Shown here piece by piece: positions 9,137 to 20,564 of a DNA stretch of 64,000 nucleotides; the first letter of the stretch is position 1, and every line of letters starts with the position of its first letter. The translations under genes were made by a program, and so were the position numbers. Under the pieces are notes generated by a model. It did not search any database. It was not told the origin of the DNA and saw only the letters and a program-made list of their open reading frames with translations. This DNA comes from Nitrospirota bacterium (GTDB lineage Bacteria > Nitrospirota > UBA9217): the NCBI GenBank assembly GCA_963663225.1, contig OY760142.1, forward strand, positions 1,216,001 through 1,280,000, written 5' to 3'.

Positions 9137-12100
9137 TCACGTGGTTTTTTTTTCACACCATTCCCGTGCGTTCTGGAACATTCTAAGCCAGGGAGAAGCG
9201 CTCAGCGTTTTTTTGAGTTTTTCCGGCATCCAACCCCACTGCCAGGTGAGTACTGCGCGTTCAGGATGCGGCATCATGGCTAAATGGCGTCCGTCCGGCG
9301 AGCAGAGGCCGGCAATGCCGGCAGGCGAACCGTTCGGATTAAAAGGATATGCTTCGGTGATCTGCGACAGGTCATCAACATAACGAATTGGAGCAAGACC
9401 GAACTCACTTTCGTTGAAAATGCCTTTGTCCGGGAAATAGGCTCTGCCTTCACCGTGGGCCACCCAGATTCCGAGAACAGAGTTCTCCATGCCCTGGAGC
9501 ATGATGGCAGGGCTTCGGAGGATTTTTACCGTCGAAAATCGAGATTCAAACCTGCCTGAAACATTGTGGATGAAACGCGGCTGTAGATCGTCTGCAATTC
9601 CACGCCAGGGTACCCATCCAATGAGAGCCATAAGCTGGCATCCATTGCAGACGCCGAGGCTGAAGGTGTCCGGGCGTTGGTAAAAAGCCTCGAATTGCTG
9701 CCAAACGTTTTTGTTGAAACGGATGCTGGCGGCCCATCCCTTTGCCGAGTCGAACACGTCCGCATAGCTGAAGCCGCCTACGAAGACAACGCCCCTGAAC
9801 TGTTCCAGGGAAATCCGTTCCGAAAGCAGGTCGGTCATGGTGACATCGTACGGATCAAACCCGGCCAGGGAGAAGGAGGAGATCATTTCGCGATCGCCGT
9901 TGCTCCCTTCTTCGCGCAGGACGGCAACCTTATATTTTGAATTGTCCCGAAGGATGCAGGCGTTCGTCGGAGACGGTTCAAAGGGAATGGTATAAGACGG
10001 ACCTTTGCGGTCGTAAATATTGTTCTGTTCGTCGAGAATATTTTTTGGGTTGCGTTGCAGCCGGTCGAGCCGATGGCTTGTTTCTTCCCAGATATTCCTC
10101 AAAACGCACATGTCTTCCGAAAGAACACGGGTATTGTTTATGGAGATGGATATCTTTTTTTCTGTAGTGCTCTTACCGAGAACAGCATATGGCACAGATG
10201 CTTCTTGCAAAACGGCGCAGATCGAAGACTCGTCGGACGGTCGATATTCCACCACGAGGCCCAGTTCTTCGGAAAAAAGCGCGGCTATTGCATCGCCGGT
10301 TTCTGATTCAAGGTTCACGTCGATTCCGCAGTTTCCAGCAAATGCCATTTCAAGCAGCGTTGTTATGAGACCGCCGTCGGATCGGTCGTGGCCGGAAAGA
10401 ATCAACTCCTTAGTGATTAGCGTTTGGATTGCGTTAAACACACGAACCAGCAAATCAGGGTCGTCGAGATCCGGGGTTTGATCGCCGACCTGGCAGAAAA
10501 CGTGCGCGAGGGCGGATCCCCCAAGGTGGTTTCTTCCGTTACCGAGGTCAATGAACAGAAGATTGCTGTTACCCGGTTCTTTGATATCCGGAGTGATCGT
10601 TTTCGTTATATCCGGGCAGGTGACGTAGGCTGAGATGACAAGTGTACCCGGTGACTTCACGGTTTCGCTCGAATTGTCCTTGTTTATAACTTTTGCCGCC
10701 ATGGAGAGGCTGTCTTTGCCGCCGTCAACGGCAATACCGAGTTTTATCATAAGATCTCGCATTGCCACTGCCGCATGATACAGTCTCGCCCCTTCTCCCG
10801 GGAGCTTCGGGGCCCACATCCAATTGGCGGAGCAGCGAATATCTTCGAGCTTGCTCACTTGTGCCCAGACAATATTCGTCAGCGCTTCGCCGACACTCAT
10901 GCGCGCCATTGCGGCAGGGTCAAGGAATTCCTTGATCGGTTGTTCCCCTATGGAGATTGCTGCGCCGGTCAGGCTGAAGTGTGATTGTGCAATAACCGCT
11001 ACGTCGGAGACGGTCAGCTGAAGAGGACCCGCACACTGCTGCCGCGCGATAAGACCGGTTACCGACCTGTCGACTTTGTTTACGAGGAAGCGCTTTGAAC
11101 CCACCGACAGGAGCCGGAGCACGCGGTCCAGCGCCGACCGGACGGTCAGGCCGACCGGCAGGTTGAGGGGCCGGAGGGTGGAGGCTTTTCCATCCAATTT
11201 AAAAACTTTCTGCGGCATATCGCCCAGTACTTTCGAGAGTTCCAGATTTACGGGCGTGGAGCCGTCTGTTTCGTCGAGCAACACAATGTATCCATCGCCG
11301 GTAACCGTTCCGATAAAGGCAACGGGAACTTTCTCCCGGCTGCAGAGCATTTCGAACAACGGCGCATGTTCAGGCCGCAGCAGGAGAGCAACCTGTTCCT
11401 GGTATTCTGCTCCCCATATTTCGAGCACAGAAAGCGTTTCGTCGCCTAAAATGATTTTTTTGACTTCAACTCTGGCGCCCGCAGGGTGGACCAGCTCTTT
11501 TACCACATTGCAGTTGCCACCCGCCCCCTGGTCATGAATGCTGACAATGGGATTTTTGTCTCCGTACTCAACGCACGCCCGGATGATCCGATGGAGCTTC
11601 TGCTCCATTTCCGCATCTCCCCGTTGCACGGCATTGAAGTCGAGCTCTGCTATGTTTTCGCCCTGGATCATGGACGACGCGGCACCCCCGCCCATGCCGA
11701 TGCGGTAGGCGGGACCGCCGACTTTAACAACCAGCATGCCTTTTTCAGGATCGGATTTAGACGTGTGGCGGGCGTCGATCTGGCCGATGCCGGCACTGAA
11801 CATGATGGGTTTGATCCACTCTCTGCGTTCACCGTCGGGCAGCCGAAGCCCGAAGGAGCGCGTGAAACCCTGAATAACCGGCTCACCGAACTTGTTTCCG
11901 TAGTCTGATGCGCCGTTGCTTGCCTCGATTTCGATGGCAAGCGGGGAGGCGAAATTATTCGGATATGAATAATCTGCATCCTCCCAGGGCAGGGAATAGC
12001 CGGGGATGCGAAGATTGCCGACGCAATATGCAGCGGTGCCCGCAACAACAAGGCCACCGGTTCCCGTGCCGAGCACATCACGGATGCGGCCGCCGGTTCC

Positions 12101-13084
12101 GGTTTCGGCGCCGGGAAACGGCGCGACGCCGGACGGAAAATTGTGGGTCTCTGCTGTGAGAATAAAATGATGCGTTTTGGAGGTTTCACGGAACGGGGAG
12201 GGGCCGGAAAGATTTTCCGGCTCAATTGTGGTTATTGCATATCCTTTGATGGCGCTTGAATTATCACAAAATGCTATAACGCTGTTGTTTTTGTTCGCTT
12301 CGTACGTTGATTTGACGAGGCTCATCAGCGTGTCAGGAACTTCTTTTCCGTCGACAATAAGCCGTCCCCGGAAAAACCAGTGGCGCGAGTGTTCGCTGTT
12401 TGACTGCGAAAGATCGAAACACTCGACATTCGTCGGGTTTCGTTTGATTTCCCGCACGAAAAGATTTGTGTAGTAATCAAGGTCCCAATCATCAAGCCCC
12501 AACCCCATCTCGATGTTAATTTTTTCGAGTGCAGCCCGGCCCTCTTCAATAAGTGGAATGATGTAGGTGGGCGCAGGTTTGGCTCCTGTTTCGAACGTCT
12601 GGAGCGTTTCAGAATACGGACATTCCGTCATGCGGTCATGAACAAGCGCGAGAAACGCGGATTTGAGCTCTGCCGATGCCGCTGAACCGTTGTCAAGCGT
12701 GAGCAGATACCGGCGCGATCGTTCGATGCGGGAAATTTTTTTCAGGCCTGCAGAACGGCAGACAGATACGGCGTTTGTTGACCAGGCAGTTGTGAAATTC
12801 AATCGAGGCCCAACCTCCAGAATCACCTGCCGTTTTTCGGTTGTAAGGCGTGAACGCAGAAAGCTTTCATCGGAAAAATTTCCGGGCTCGAACGTTTCTG
12901 CAAGCAGCCAGCGGACCAATCGTTTTTCTTCCTGCACCAGGGGGGCAGAGGCAGCAATGTTGAAACAGAATTCCGTATCGATTCCTTTAATAGCGGTGGA
13001 AACTTTTTTTTGAGCACTACTGAGCAACTCAGCTGTCTGATACGCAGAGAGTGCCGGAGTGCGATAGCAATGAAGAATTATCAT
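9137..13084 (-). CDS. purL: Phosphoribosylformylglycinamidine synthase, large single-chain type
   Basis: NSEHSRHW, AETHNFP and DGGKDSLSM motifs; glutaminase GVCNG and MPHPE; 1315 aa. Confidence 0.97.
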   Translation of the reverse strand: MIILHCYRTPALSAYQTAELLSSAQKKVSTAIKGIDTEFCFNIAASAPLVQEEKRLVRWLLAETFEPGNFSDESFLRSRLTTEKRQVILEVGPRLNFTTAWSTNAVSVCRSAGLKKISRIERSRRYLLTLDNGSAASAELKSAFLALVHDRMTECPYSETLQTFETGAKPAPTYIIPLIEEGRAALEKINIEMGLGLDDWDLDYYTNLFVREIKRNPTNVECFDLSQSNSEHSRHWFFRGRLIVDGKEVPDTLMSLVKSTYEANKNNSVIAFCDNSSAIKGYAITTIEPENLSGPSPFRETSKTHHFILTAETHNFPSGVAPFPGAETGTGGRIRDVLGTGTGGLVVAGTAAYCVGNLRIPGYSLPWEDADYSYPNNFASPLAIEIEASNGASDYGNKFGEPVIQGFTRSFGLRLPDGERREWIKPIMFSAGIGQIDARHTSKSDPEKGMLVVKVGGPAYRIGMGGGAASSMIQGENIAELDFNAVQRGDAEMEQKLHRIIRACVEYGDKNPIVSIHDQGAGGNCNVVKELVHPAGARVEVKKIILGDETLSVLEIWGAEYQEQVALLLRPEHAPLFEMLCSREKVPVAFIGTVTGDGYIVLLDETDGSTPVNLELSKVLGDMPQKVFKLDGKASTLRPLNLPVGLTVRSALDRVLRLLSVGSKRFLVNKVDRSVTGLIARQQCAGPLQLTVSDVAVIAQSHFSLTGAAISIGEQPIKEFLDPAAMARMSVGEALTNIVWAQVSKLEDIRCSANWMWAPKLPGEGARLYHAAVAMRDLMIKLGIAVDGGKDSLSMAAKVINKDNSSETVKSPGTLVISAYVTCPDITKTITPDIKEPGNSNLLFIDLGNGRNHLGGSALAHVFCQVGDQTPDLDDPDLLVRVFNAIQTLITKELILSGHDRSDGGLITTLLEMAFAGNCGIDVNLESETGDAIAALFSEELGLVVEYRPSDESSICAVLQEASVPYAVLGKSTTEKKISISINNTRVLSEDMCVLRNIWEETSHRLDRLQRNPKNILDEQNNIYDRKGPSYTIPFEPSPTNACILRDNSKYKVAVLREEGSNGDREMISSFSLAGFDPYDVTMTDLLSERISLEQFRGVVFVGGFSYADVFDSAKGWAASIRFNKNVWQQFEAFYQRPDTFSLGVCNGCQLMALIGWVPWRGIADDLQPRFIHNVSGRFESRFSTVKILRSPAIMLQGMENSVLGIWVAHGEGRAYFPDKGIFNESEFGLAPIRYVDDLSQITEAYPFNPNGSPAGIAGLCSPDGRHLAMMPHPERAVLTWQWGWMPEKLKKTLSASPWLRMFQNAREWCEKKTT

Positions 13085-13219
13085 ATGCAGTAATTGTTCG
13101 CCGTAGTTCAGATTTAGGATTTAATAGATAACGTGCACAATGGTCGAAAGCCTTTTCTTCTCTTCGGAGCAGAGTATGGCTAAACGGAGGCCTGCAGGTG
13201 CACAACTAATTGAAAATGC

Positions 13220-13615
13220 TTAACGGTCTGTTAAAGATACGACCTTTTGCTCAACGGCTTTTTTTTCACCTGCCATTTCGCATTTGCCGTCAAAAGTGAC
13301 CCCTTCTTCAATAATGAGCTTGGGGGTTTTTATGTTGCCTTCTATGTTTCCCGGGGCAAGAATATGCACTTTTTGGCTGGCATTGATGTTGCCGACGATC
13401 CTGCCGCTTGAAATAATTGTTCCGACGGATATTTCACCCTGCAGAAAAGCGCCATCTCCCGCAATGAGCGTGTCTTTGGACACAATTTCGCCATCTACCT
13501 TGCCGTCAACGCGGATCGTTCCTTCAAAGCTGAGAACACCCTTGAACTCCGTGCCCTTTCCAAGGAAGGCGGTGATTTCCGCCTGTTCAGGTGTGCCAGA
13601 TCCCTTTTTAAGCAT
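13220..13615 (-). CDS. Bactofilin (polymer-forming cytoskeletal protein)
   Basis: Beta-helix repeats (GTEFKGVL..IRVDGKVDGEI; IEEGVTFDGKCEM); lies downstream of parB. Confidence 0.9.
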   Translation of the reverse strand: MLKKGSGTPEQAEITAFLGKGTEFKGVLSFEGTIRVDGKVDGEIVSKDTLIAGDGAFLQGEISVGTIISSGRIVGNINASQKVHILAPGNIEGNIKTPKLIIEEGVTFDGKCEMAGEKKAVEQKVVSLTDR

Positions 13616-13674
13616 GTAACTCCTCCTGTAAAAAAATGATGCAAATCTTTTCCGAAGTGCTGGTCATTCTTTCG

Positions 13675-14523
13675 CTAGCAGATTTTATCAAGCAAACGAT
13701 CCAGTTCCTCGGATGAATAGTATTCGATCACTATTCTGCCGCCTTTGGGTTTCGGCGATATGCTAACCTTGGTGCCGAGCGCCTTTCTGAGCCGTTCTTC
13801 GACAAAGTTGATTTCCTGGTTCAGAACCGCCTTTTTTTCTTTCGAGGGTTTCCTGAGCCGGGTTGAAAGTGCTTCTGCCTCCCGAACTGAGAGCCCTTTT
13901 TTTATAATCAATGCGCCGGCCAGAATTTGATCACGGGTACGCTCAAGCGACAGGATTGCTTTCGCATGGCCCATGCTGAGCAGACCGGAGGCAATCTCCT
14001 GTTTTACCTCTTTCGGAAGTCCCAGGAGGCGCAGAAAATTTGTAACAGTTGACCGTTCTTTTCCAACTCGCTTTGCGAGGTCATCCTGGGTAAGTTTGAA
14101 TTCATCCTGCAGCCGTTTGTATGCTTCCGCCGCCTCGAGCGGATTGAGATCCTCCCGCTGGACGTTTTCGATCAAAGCCATTTCGAGAAGTTCTCGTTTG
14201 GTTGCTTCCTTAACAATGGCGGGAATGCTTTTGAGCCCAGCAAGTCGCGATGCGCGCCAGCGTCGCTCTCCGGCGATTAATTGATAACCACTGCTGCCGG
14301 CCTTATGAACGATAATGGGCTGTATAACACCTTGCTCTTTTATTGATGCGGCCAGTTCATTCAATTTATCATCATTAAAAGTTTTGCGCGGCTGATACTC
14401 ATTCGGTATTATTTTATCCAGCTCAATTTCAGTAATGCCGAGCGCTTTGCGTTCCTTGTCATCCAGCGTGGACAGATCCGGAATTAGAGCTCCGAGGCCT
14501 TTACCGAGCGCCACTTTTTGCAT
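13675..14523 (-). CDS. parB: Chromosome partitioning protein ParB/Spo0J
   Basis: [23 protein letters not shown] and ENVQREDL motifs. Confidence 0.97.
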   Translation of the reverse strand: MQKVALGKGLGALIPDLSTLDDKERKALGITEIELDKIIPNEYQPRKTFNDDKLNELAASIKEQGVIQPIIVHKAGSSGYQLIAGERRWRASRLAGLKSIPAIVKEATKRELLEMALIENVQREDLNPLEAAEAYKRLQDEFKLTQDDLAKRVGKERSTVTNFLRLLGLPKEVKQEIASGLLSMGHAKAILSLERTRDQILAGALIIKKGLSVREAEALSTRLRKPSKEKKAVLNQEINFVEERLRKALGTKVSISPKPKGGRIVIEYYSSEELDRLLDKIC

Positions 14524-15277
14524 GGGTCAGAACCTCCTTTGCGAGCTCAAGATAGCTTTGGGCGCCTCGGGAACGAATATCGTACAACAAAACAGGCTTA
14601 CCATGGCTTGGAGCTTCGCTTAGTGATACATTCCGGGGAATAATAGTAGTATAAACCTTATTTCCGAAATACTTGCGCACTTCCAGAGCAACCTGTTCAG
14701 CCAGATTGTTTCTGCTGTCGTACATTGTAAGAAGAACGCCCTCAATGATCAGGTTTGGGTTTAGATCCTGTTTGATAAGCTTGATTGTGTTCGTAAGAGC
14801 GGTCAAGCCTTCCAGAGCGTAGTATTCGCATTGTACAGGGATTAGTACGCCGTCGGCGGCAGTAAGGGCGTTGACAGTAAGCAGACCAAGAGAAGGCGGA
14901 CAATCAATAAAAATATAATCATAATTGCTTATATGTGTATCCAGGGCTTTTTTGAGCACCCGTTCACGCGATATCATCTGGATAAGTTCTACTTCAACAC
15001 CGACGAGGTCAATGCCTGCAGGAACAACATCCAGCCAGGGGAAATGAGTTGTTTTTTTTATTTCCTGGAGAGTTTTTTTTCCTGTGAACAGATCATATGT
15101 ACTGCCGTCGATCGCCGTTCTGTCTATACCCATGCCGCTTGTGGAATTGCCCTGTGGATCAGAGTCTATGAGCAAAACCCGTTTTTCAGCTGCGGCAAGT
15201 GATGCGGCGATGTTTACTGTCGTCGTCGTTTTTCCAACACCGCCTTTTTGATTTGCTATAGCTATTATTCTGCCCAT
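14501..15277 (-). CDS. parA: Chromosome partitioning ATPase ParA/Soj
   Basis: [17 protein letters not shown] and [11 protein letters not shown] motifs. Confidence 0.97.
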   Translation of the reverse strand: MGRIIAIANQKGGVGKTTTTVNIAASLAAAEKRVLLIDSDPQGNSTSGMGIDRTAIDGSTYDLFTGKKTLQEIKKTTHFPWLDVVPAGIDLVGVEVELIQMISRERVLKKALDTHISNYDYIFIDCPPSLGLLTVNALTAADGVLIPVQCEYYALEGLTALTNTIKLIKQDLNPNLIIEGVLLTMYDSRNNLAEQVALEVRKYFGNKVYTTIIPRNVSLSEAPSHGKPVLLYDIRSRGAQSYLELAKEVLTHAKSGAR

Positions 15278-15436
15278 GATTTTTCAGCGTCTCCTCGTGC
15301 TGCTGAGTCTTAGCCGTACTAATTTACCATAGGATAATAATAAAGGGAAGGAAAAATTAAGAAAATATGCCGTCTGAAATGGCCGCAAGTGAGACATAAG
15401 CGTATGAGGATTTTGTGTTTTATTCCATTTGCAGAT

Positions 15437-15452
15437 TGTTCCACGTGGAACA
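15437..15452. promoter_or_regulatory. parS centromere site
   Basis: TGTTCCACGTGGAACA; the palindrome extends to 26 bp (15432-15457). Confidence 0.93.
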
Positions 15453-15458
15453 ATCTGT

Positions 15459-16526
15459 CTATAGTAAGCCTAGTTCTTTTCCAGCAGGGCTTACTCGCAG
15501 CGAGCCCAACGACACGTGCCTGACACTAGAAGTATCCCGCAACGGGGTTATTACCCGAATTGACAGCTCTTTTAAGTCTATACTGCGCAGTATTCCAAGG
15601 CCGAGGCAAAAGTTTCGGTCATCACTCAAACCTATGAGCAAATGATCTAACTCGGAATTCTTAAGAATAGAAATTTCCCGAACATTATATTGCTGTTTAG
15701 CAGCAAAAAGCTCATCAGCCAGATAATCTCCCTCAACCAAAATGAACAACCGATCAGCAGCGAGTTCCGCGTGTATAACGATGCTTTGAAGCATTTTTGA
15801 AAGTGCATTGATATCCCGAAATCCAAGACGCTCGCCCGTTCCGAGCCCTGGTCCGTGAACACCAACGTCGTGCAGCATTATTTCCTGAAAGTCGGCCCCT
15901 CTGAAATATTCCTTAAACCGTTGTTCCCGGGCTGATTGGCGGGCCTCACGGGTAGATATTTTAGCGTCAGGAGAAACAGGAAGTCGATGAATAAGAAGTC
16001 CGGCGCGGTGCGAATGAGGAGCTAATAAATGTTCAACCTCGTTTTCCTTTTGGAGCGCGACAATATGGCTGGGCGAAAGCATGTCAATTTCGTGAAACTT
16101 TAAATCGCGGGCCGCCCCTCCGGCAACAAGACCGCACGTATTAATTAAGACAAGCTCAGCAGAAGAAGAAGCGGCAAGTAAACAGAGCTTTTGAATGCCG
16201 GAAACCATCTCCAAAAGCCGTCCGACCGGAGAAGTATTTCCGATGAATACCATAAAAGCAGGGTTTTTTCTTCTGAGCAGATCGTTTGTGTCTTGAAAAA
16301 GGGTAAAGGATATCACTGTAGGTGGTCCGATAAATGGCTGTCCGGGATCCGCATCTATCCAGGCCACTTTTTTGCCCGTCCTGCAGAAGAGGCCTGCAAG
16401 ATAAAGGCAGAAAGTTGTCTTTCCTGATCCAGGTCCGCCTATAACCATTACAGGACCGCGAACTTTTTGAATTTCTGCAGCTAATTCCCGCCACGCTGCT
16501 GGTATGGTAAGCACTGCTTCAAGCAA
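15459..16526 (-). CDS. Clp1/Nol9/Grc3-family polynucleotide 5'-hydroxyl kinase
   Basis: Walker A GGPGSGKTT, Walker B IDADPGQ, GNTSP, clasp INTCG and lid REARQSAR. TTG start is uncertain. Confidence 0.85.
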   Translation of the reverse strand: MLEAVLTIPAAWRELAAEIQKVRGPVMVIGGPGSGKTTFCLYLAGLFCRTGKKVAWIDADPGQPFIGPPTVISFTLFQDTNDLLRRKNPAFMVFIGNTSPVGRLLEMVSGIQKLCLLAASSSAELVLINTCGLVAGGAARDLKFHEIDMLSPSHIVALQKENEVEHLLAPHSHRAGLLIHRLPVSPDAKISTREARQSAREQRFKEYFRGADFQEIMLHDVGVHGPGLGTGERLGFRDINALSKMLQSIVIHAELAADRLFILVEGDYLADELFAAKQQYNVREISILKNSELDHLLIGLSDDRNFCLGLGILRSIDLKELSIRVITPLRDTSSVRHVSLGSLRVSPAGKELGLL

Positions 16527-16555
16527 AAGAAATTCCTTTTTTACATTCGACTGAT

Positions 16556-17230
16556 TTATGTTCCACGTGGAACATCACGGAGCTTTCTGAAAACCCAAAT
16601 CATTCTTTTATGGTCCGAATAAGGGAGAACAAGGCCAATTCTATTTTCCAGCGCCAAGCCGTACTTTTCCAAGTCCAGACTATCTAATGTTTCCATTGGC
16701 CCTCTGCTCAAAACAATGACTCCATTTTGTTTTAGCAATGGCAACGCGGTAAAAATAGCAACGTTCATATCCGCAAACGCTCTGGCAGTTACAATATCAT
16801 AGGTATTATGCAGCGAACTTGCAAGCTGTTCTGCTCTCTGATCAAGAATCTCTACTGACGACAATTGAAGTGTCCTGATAATGTGCCGGAGAAAAGCAGC
16901 CTTCTTTTTAACAGATTCCACGAGTGTTACAGTTATTTCGGGATGAACAATTTTAATCGGCAATGCTGGAAAACCAGCGCCTGATCCCAAATCGAGCAAC
17001 CGTAGCCCAGGAGACGGAGCAAAACCTTTTATATAGGAAAGAGAATCAAGAGCGTGTTTTATAATGATTCCATGCGCATCAGTAATAGTTGTCAGATTTA
17101 TTTTATTATTCCATTTAATGAGCTCAGCAAAATACATAAAAAAAGAATCAAGATGCGCGGGAGAAAGGGTAATTCCGAGCTCCATTGAACCTGATTTCAG
17201 CAAATCCTGATGGTTTTTATTCGTCTGCAT
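16556..17230 (-). CDS. rsmG: 16S rRNA m7G527 methyltransferase
   Basis: [20 protein letters not shown] and VTARAF motifs; follows mnmG. Confidence 0.95.
   Translation of the reverse strand: MQTNKNHQDLLKSGSMELGITLSPAHLDSFFMYFAELIKWNNKINLTTITDAHGIIIKHALDSLSYIKGFAPSPGLRLLDLGSGAGFPALPIKIVHPEITVTLVESVKKKAAFLRHIIRTLQLSSVEILDQRAEQLASSLHNTYDIVTARAFADMNVAIFTALPLLKQNGVIVLSRGPMETLDSLDLEKYGLALENRIGLVLPYSDHKRMIWVFRKLRDVPRGT
16559..16574. promoter_or_regulatory. parS centromere site (inside the last codons of rsmG)
   Basis: TGTTCCACGTGGAACA; encodes VPRGT at the RsmG C-terminus. Confidence 0.93.
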
Positions 17231-19112
17231 TTTTCGACTTTGCTGAGCGCTTTCTTTTTTCGAGAGCAACCATAATCAGCGAAATGGCTGCGGGAGTTAC
17301 ACCTGATATTCTTGATGCCTGGCCTATTGAAACAGGCCGCACCTGGTTGAGCTTTTGACGGACTTCAGATCCGAGGCCGGTAATTTCATCGAAATTAATA
17401 TCAGGAGGAATTCTTTTTTGCTCCAGGGTGGAAAAGCGTGCAACCTGCTGAATTTGGCGGTTGATATATCCTTCATATTTGACCTGAATTTCAACCTGCT
17501 CAGCTGCATCATCCACAATCGACTTGTCAGCTGGAGAAATAGAAGCGATATCCGAATAATTCAGTTCCGGCCGTTTTAAGAGCTGCTCAAGTGAAGCTTC
17601 CTGGATCAGCTCTGCGGAACCGCGCTTCGAGAGAATTAAATTGACATCCGGACCGGGTTTTATCCATGTTTTTTTAATTCGTGCTGCTTCGAGCTCAATC
17701 TGGTTTTTCTTATCAAGAAATTGTAGGTAGACATCATCAGATACGAGGCCAAGTTCGTGCCCTTTTGACCGCAGTCGAATATCAGCATTGTCCTCTCTCA
17801 GGATAAGCCGATATTCTGCCCGTGAGGTGAACATTCTGTAAGGTTCACTTGTTCCGCGGGTAACCAGGTCGTCAATTAAAACAGCAATGTATGCTTCCGA
17901 ACGCTTAAGGATGAATGGTTGTTTTTGTTGTATTTTAAGTGCCGCGTTTATACCTGCGACTAATCCCTGAGCAGCAGCTTCCTCATATCCAGAGGTACCG
18001 TTGATTTGACCGGCGAAATAGAGTCCTTCAATATGTTTCGTTTCCAATGTATGCTTTATTTGTGTTGGCGGTGCAAAGTCATATTCTATTGCATAGGCCG
18101 GACGCATAATTTCTACTTCCTCAAGGCCTGGTATAGACCTATACATTTGCACCTGAACCTCAAAGGGCAAACTGGTAGATAAGCCGTTTGCATAAAATTC
18201 TTTTGTATCCAAACCTTCTGGCTCAAGAAAAACCTGATGGCGTTCTCTTTCTGAAAAGCGTACAACCTTATCTTCAATGGATGGGCAATAACGAGGTCCG
18301 GTCCCCTTTATAACTCCGGCATAAAGTGGGGAAAGGTTAAGGTTCCGGAGAATAATTTCATGCATACTTGCATTTGTATACGTTAAATAACAGGGTTGTT
18401 GTGGGAGTGGATGCTTCTTTTTGGTAAAAGAAAAAAATGGGGCCGGATCATCACCATACTGGAGTTTCATTTTAGAGAAGTCGATTGTTTTGCCATCCAG
18501 CCGCGCCGGAGTTCCTGTTTTGAGCCGGCCAATTTCGAAGCCAAGACTGCGCAGGCTGTCAGAGAGGCTGATCGAAGGAAACTCCCCTGCTCTGCCGGAA
18601 GGATAATGAACCAATCCAATATGTATTAGTCCCTGCAAAAAAGTGCCGGTGGTTATTATGACAGCAGAGGATTGATACTGGACACCGATGCTCGTCTCGA
18701 TGCCGACCACCAGACCGTTTTCTACAATAAGCCTGCTCGCTTCAGCCTGGTGCACATCGAGAAGTTTTTGATTTTCAATTTTTTCTTTCATCGCAAGCCG
18801 GTAGCGCTGTTTATCTGCCTGAGCGCGTGTTCCCCGTACCGCGGGCCCTTTGCTTCCATTCAAGATTCTGAACTGAATCCCGGTCAGATCAATAATGTTG
18901 GCCATTTCCCCGCCGAGCGCATCAATTTCTTTCACGAGATGACCCTTGGCCAGGCCTCCGATTGCCGGATTGCAAGACATATGCGCGATGGTATCCAGGT
19001 TCATCGTGAGCAAAAGCGTGGAACAGCCCATGCGTGCGGAGGCCAGGGCCGCTTCACATCCTGCATGGCCGGCGCCGACGACAATCACATCATATTTTTT
19101 TGAATAAGCCAT
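17217..19112 (-). CDS. mnmG: tRNA U34 modification enzyme MnmG/GidA
   Basis: [29 protein letters not shown] and [16 protein letters not shown] motifs. Confidence 0.98.
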   Translation of the reverse strand: MAYSKKYDVIVVGAGHAGCEAALASARMGCSTLLLTMNLDTIAHMSCNPAIGGLAKGHLVKEIDALGGEMANIIDLTGIQFRILNGSKGPAVRGTRAQADKQRYRLAMKEKIENQKLLDVHQAEASRLIVENGLVVGIETSIGVQYQSSAVIITTGTFLQGLIHIGLVHYPSGRAGEFPSISLSDSLRSLGFEIGRLKTGTPARLDGKTIDFSKMKLQYGDDPAPFFSFTKKKHPLPQQPCYLTYTNASMHEIILRNLNLSPLYAGVIKGTGPRYCPSIEDKVVRFSERERHQVFLEPEGLDTKEFYANGLSTSLPFEVQVQMYRSIPGLEEVEIMRPAYAIEYDFAPPTQIKHTLETKHIEGLYFAGQINGTSGYEEAAAQGLVAGINAALKIQQKQPFILKRSEAYIAVLIDDLVTRGTSEPYRMFTSRAEYRLILREDNADIRLRSKGHELGLVSDDVYLQFLDKKNQIELEAARIKKTWIKPGPDVNLILSKRGSAELIQEASLEQLLKRPELNYSDIASISPADKSIVDDAAEQVEIQVKYEGYINRQIQQVARFSTLEQKRIPPDINFDEITGLGSEVRQKLNQVRPVSIGQASRISGVTPAAISLIMVALEKRKRSAKSKNADE

Positions 19113-19187
19113 AAATCATCCCAACGCGAGAAAACGAAGCAATACTGCGGGGAACACAAGTTACTTCCGGACAAACTATTCGTATTA

Positions 19188-20564
19188 TTATTTTCCGATG
19201 CAGAAGTTTTCAAAAATTCTATCGAGGATATCTTCCGTATATGTTGCACCGGTAATAATGCCGAGACTGTCCAGGGCGCAGCGAAGATCAAGAGCGATAA
19301 ATTCCGGTGAAGCATTGTCCTTGATCGAGGCGTGCGCTTTGAGCAAGCTTTCACGAGTTTGTTCCAGTGCTGTTTTATGGCGCAGATTTACGGTCCAGGC
19401 ATGGTCACGCGACGGAGCAATCCCTTGTTTTTGCATATTTAAGATGGCACTCTTCAGCTCTTCGAGACCCTCCCCGGTAATACAGGAAATCGACACCTGT
19501 ACCACAGGTTGATTCAGGGCTTCCGCTTCCCTGGGCAAATCGGACTTATTAATCACCGCGACGGCATTTTTTCCGGCTACATACTCCAGCACCAGCCGAT
19601 CCTCCGGCGTAAGCTTTCGGGAGCCATCGAGCACCACCAAAACAATATCCGCAGATTCAATTGCCGCAAGGGTCCTGCGGATGCCTTCTTTTTCCACAAT
19701 ATCGTGTGAATGCCTGATTCCAGCCGTATCGATGATTTTTAAGGGAATTCCTGCAACATTGAGATATTCCTCGAGCAGATCCCTTGTTGTGCCCGGTACG
19801 TCTGTAACAATCGCACGATTCTGCTTAAGAAGGGTGTTCAACAGGGAAGATTTGCCCACATTAGGCCGGCCGACAATGGCCGTCGCGAATCCATCCCGAA
19901 GAATTCTGCCATAGTTGTAAGTAGAAAGCAGGGATTCCACTCCCCCAATCAGCTGCACAACAGTGTCAGCCGGCCGGGAGCCTATACCAAACTCAATGTC
20001 CTCTTCCGGAAAATCTATCCAGGCCTCCACCGCTGCAGTGAACGAAAGCAATTGATTGCGGAGCAAGGCAACCTCGGACGATAATCCGCCGAGCAATTGA
20101 TCGTTCGCCGCGCGATGCGCCAGGGCAGTCTTAGATTTGATGATATCCATAACCGCTTCAGCCTGGGTCAAATCAATTCGTCCGTTTAAAAAAGCACGTT
20201 TTGTAAACTCCCCCGGCTCTGCCTGCCGGGCGCCGGCCGCGATGAGCAGCGACAGGGTGCGCCAGAGCGGCATCATGCCGCCGTGACAATTTATTTCGAC
20301 GACGTCTTCACGCGTGTAGGTGGCTGGCGAGCGCATTACACTTGCCAGGACTTCGTCGACCTGCTCCTGTGTAGCCGGATCGACAATATAACCGTAGTGG
20401 AGAGAATGTGTTGGCGCGGTTTCAAGGCTTCCCGCCTCTGGTCTGCGCAGCCTGAACACTTTATCAGCAATTGCAACAGCCGTTCTGCCGCTGATGCGGA
20501 TAATTCCGATGCCGCCCTCTCCCGGAGGAGTAGAAACCGCACAAATTGTGTCCTGCTCAAACAT
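19188..20564 (-). CDS. mnmE: tRNA modification GTPase MnmE/TrmE
   Basis: DTICAVSTP, GRPNVGKSS, GTTRD, DTAG and C-terminal FCIGK. Confidence 0.97.
   Translation of the reverse strand: MFEQDTICAVSTPPGEGGIGIIRISGRTAVAIADKVFRLRRPEAGSLETAPTHSLHYGYIVDPATQEQVDEVLASVMRSPATYTREDVVEINCHGGMMPLWRTLSLLIAAGARQAEPGEFTKRAFLNGRIDLTQAEAVMDIIKSKTALAHRAANDQLLGGLSSEVALLRNQLLSFTAAVEAWIDFPEEDIEFGIGSRPADTVVQLIGGVESLLSTYNYGRILRDGFATAIVGRPNVGKSSLLNTLLKQNRAIVTDVPGTTRDLLEEYLNVAGIPLKIIDTAGIRHSHDIVEKEGIRRTLAAIESADIVLVVLDGSRKLTPEDRLVLEYVAGKNAVAVINKSDLPREAEALNQPVVQVSISCITGEGLEELKSAILNMQKQGIAPSRDHAWTVNLRHKTALEQTRESLLKAHASIKDNASPEFIALDLRCALDSLGIITGATYTEDILDRIFENFCIGK

Noticed and set aside
13085-13219. Possible purine, ZTP or PRPP riboswitch upstream of purL
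   Set aside because: Only a GTGCACAA repeat and weak stems; no conserved aptamer motifs recognised.
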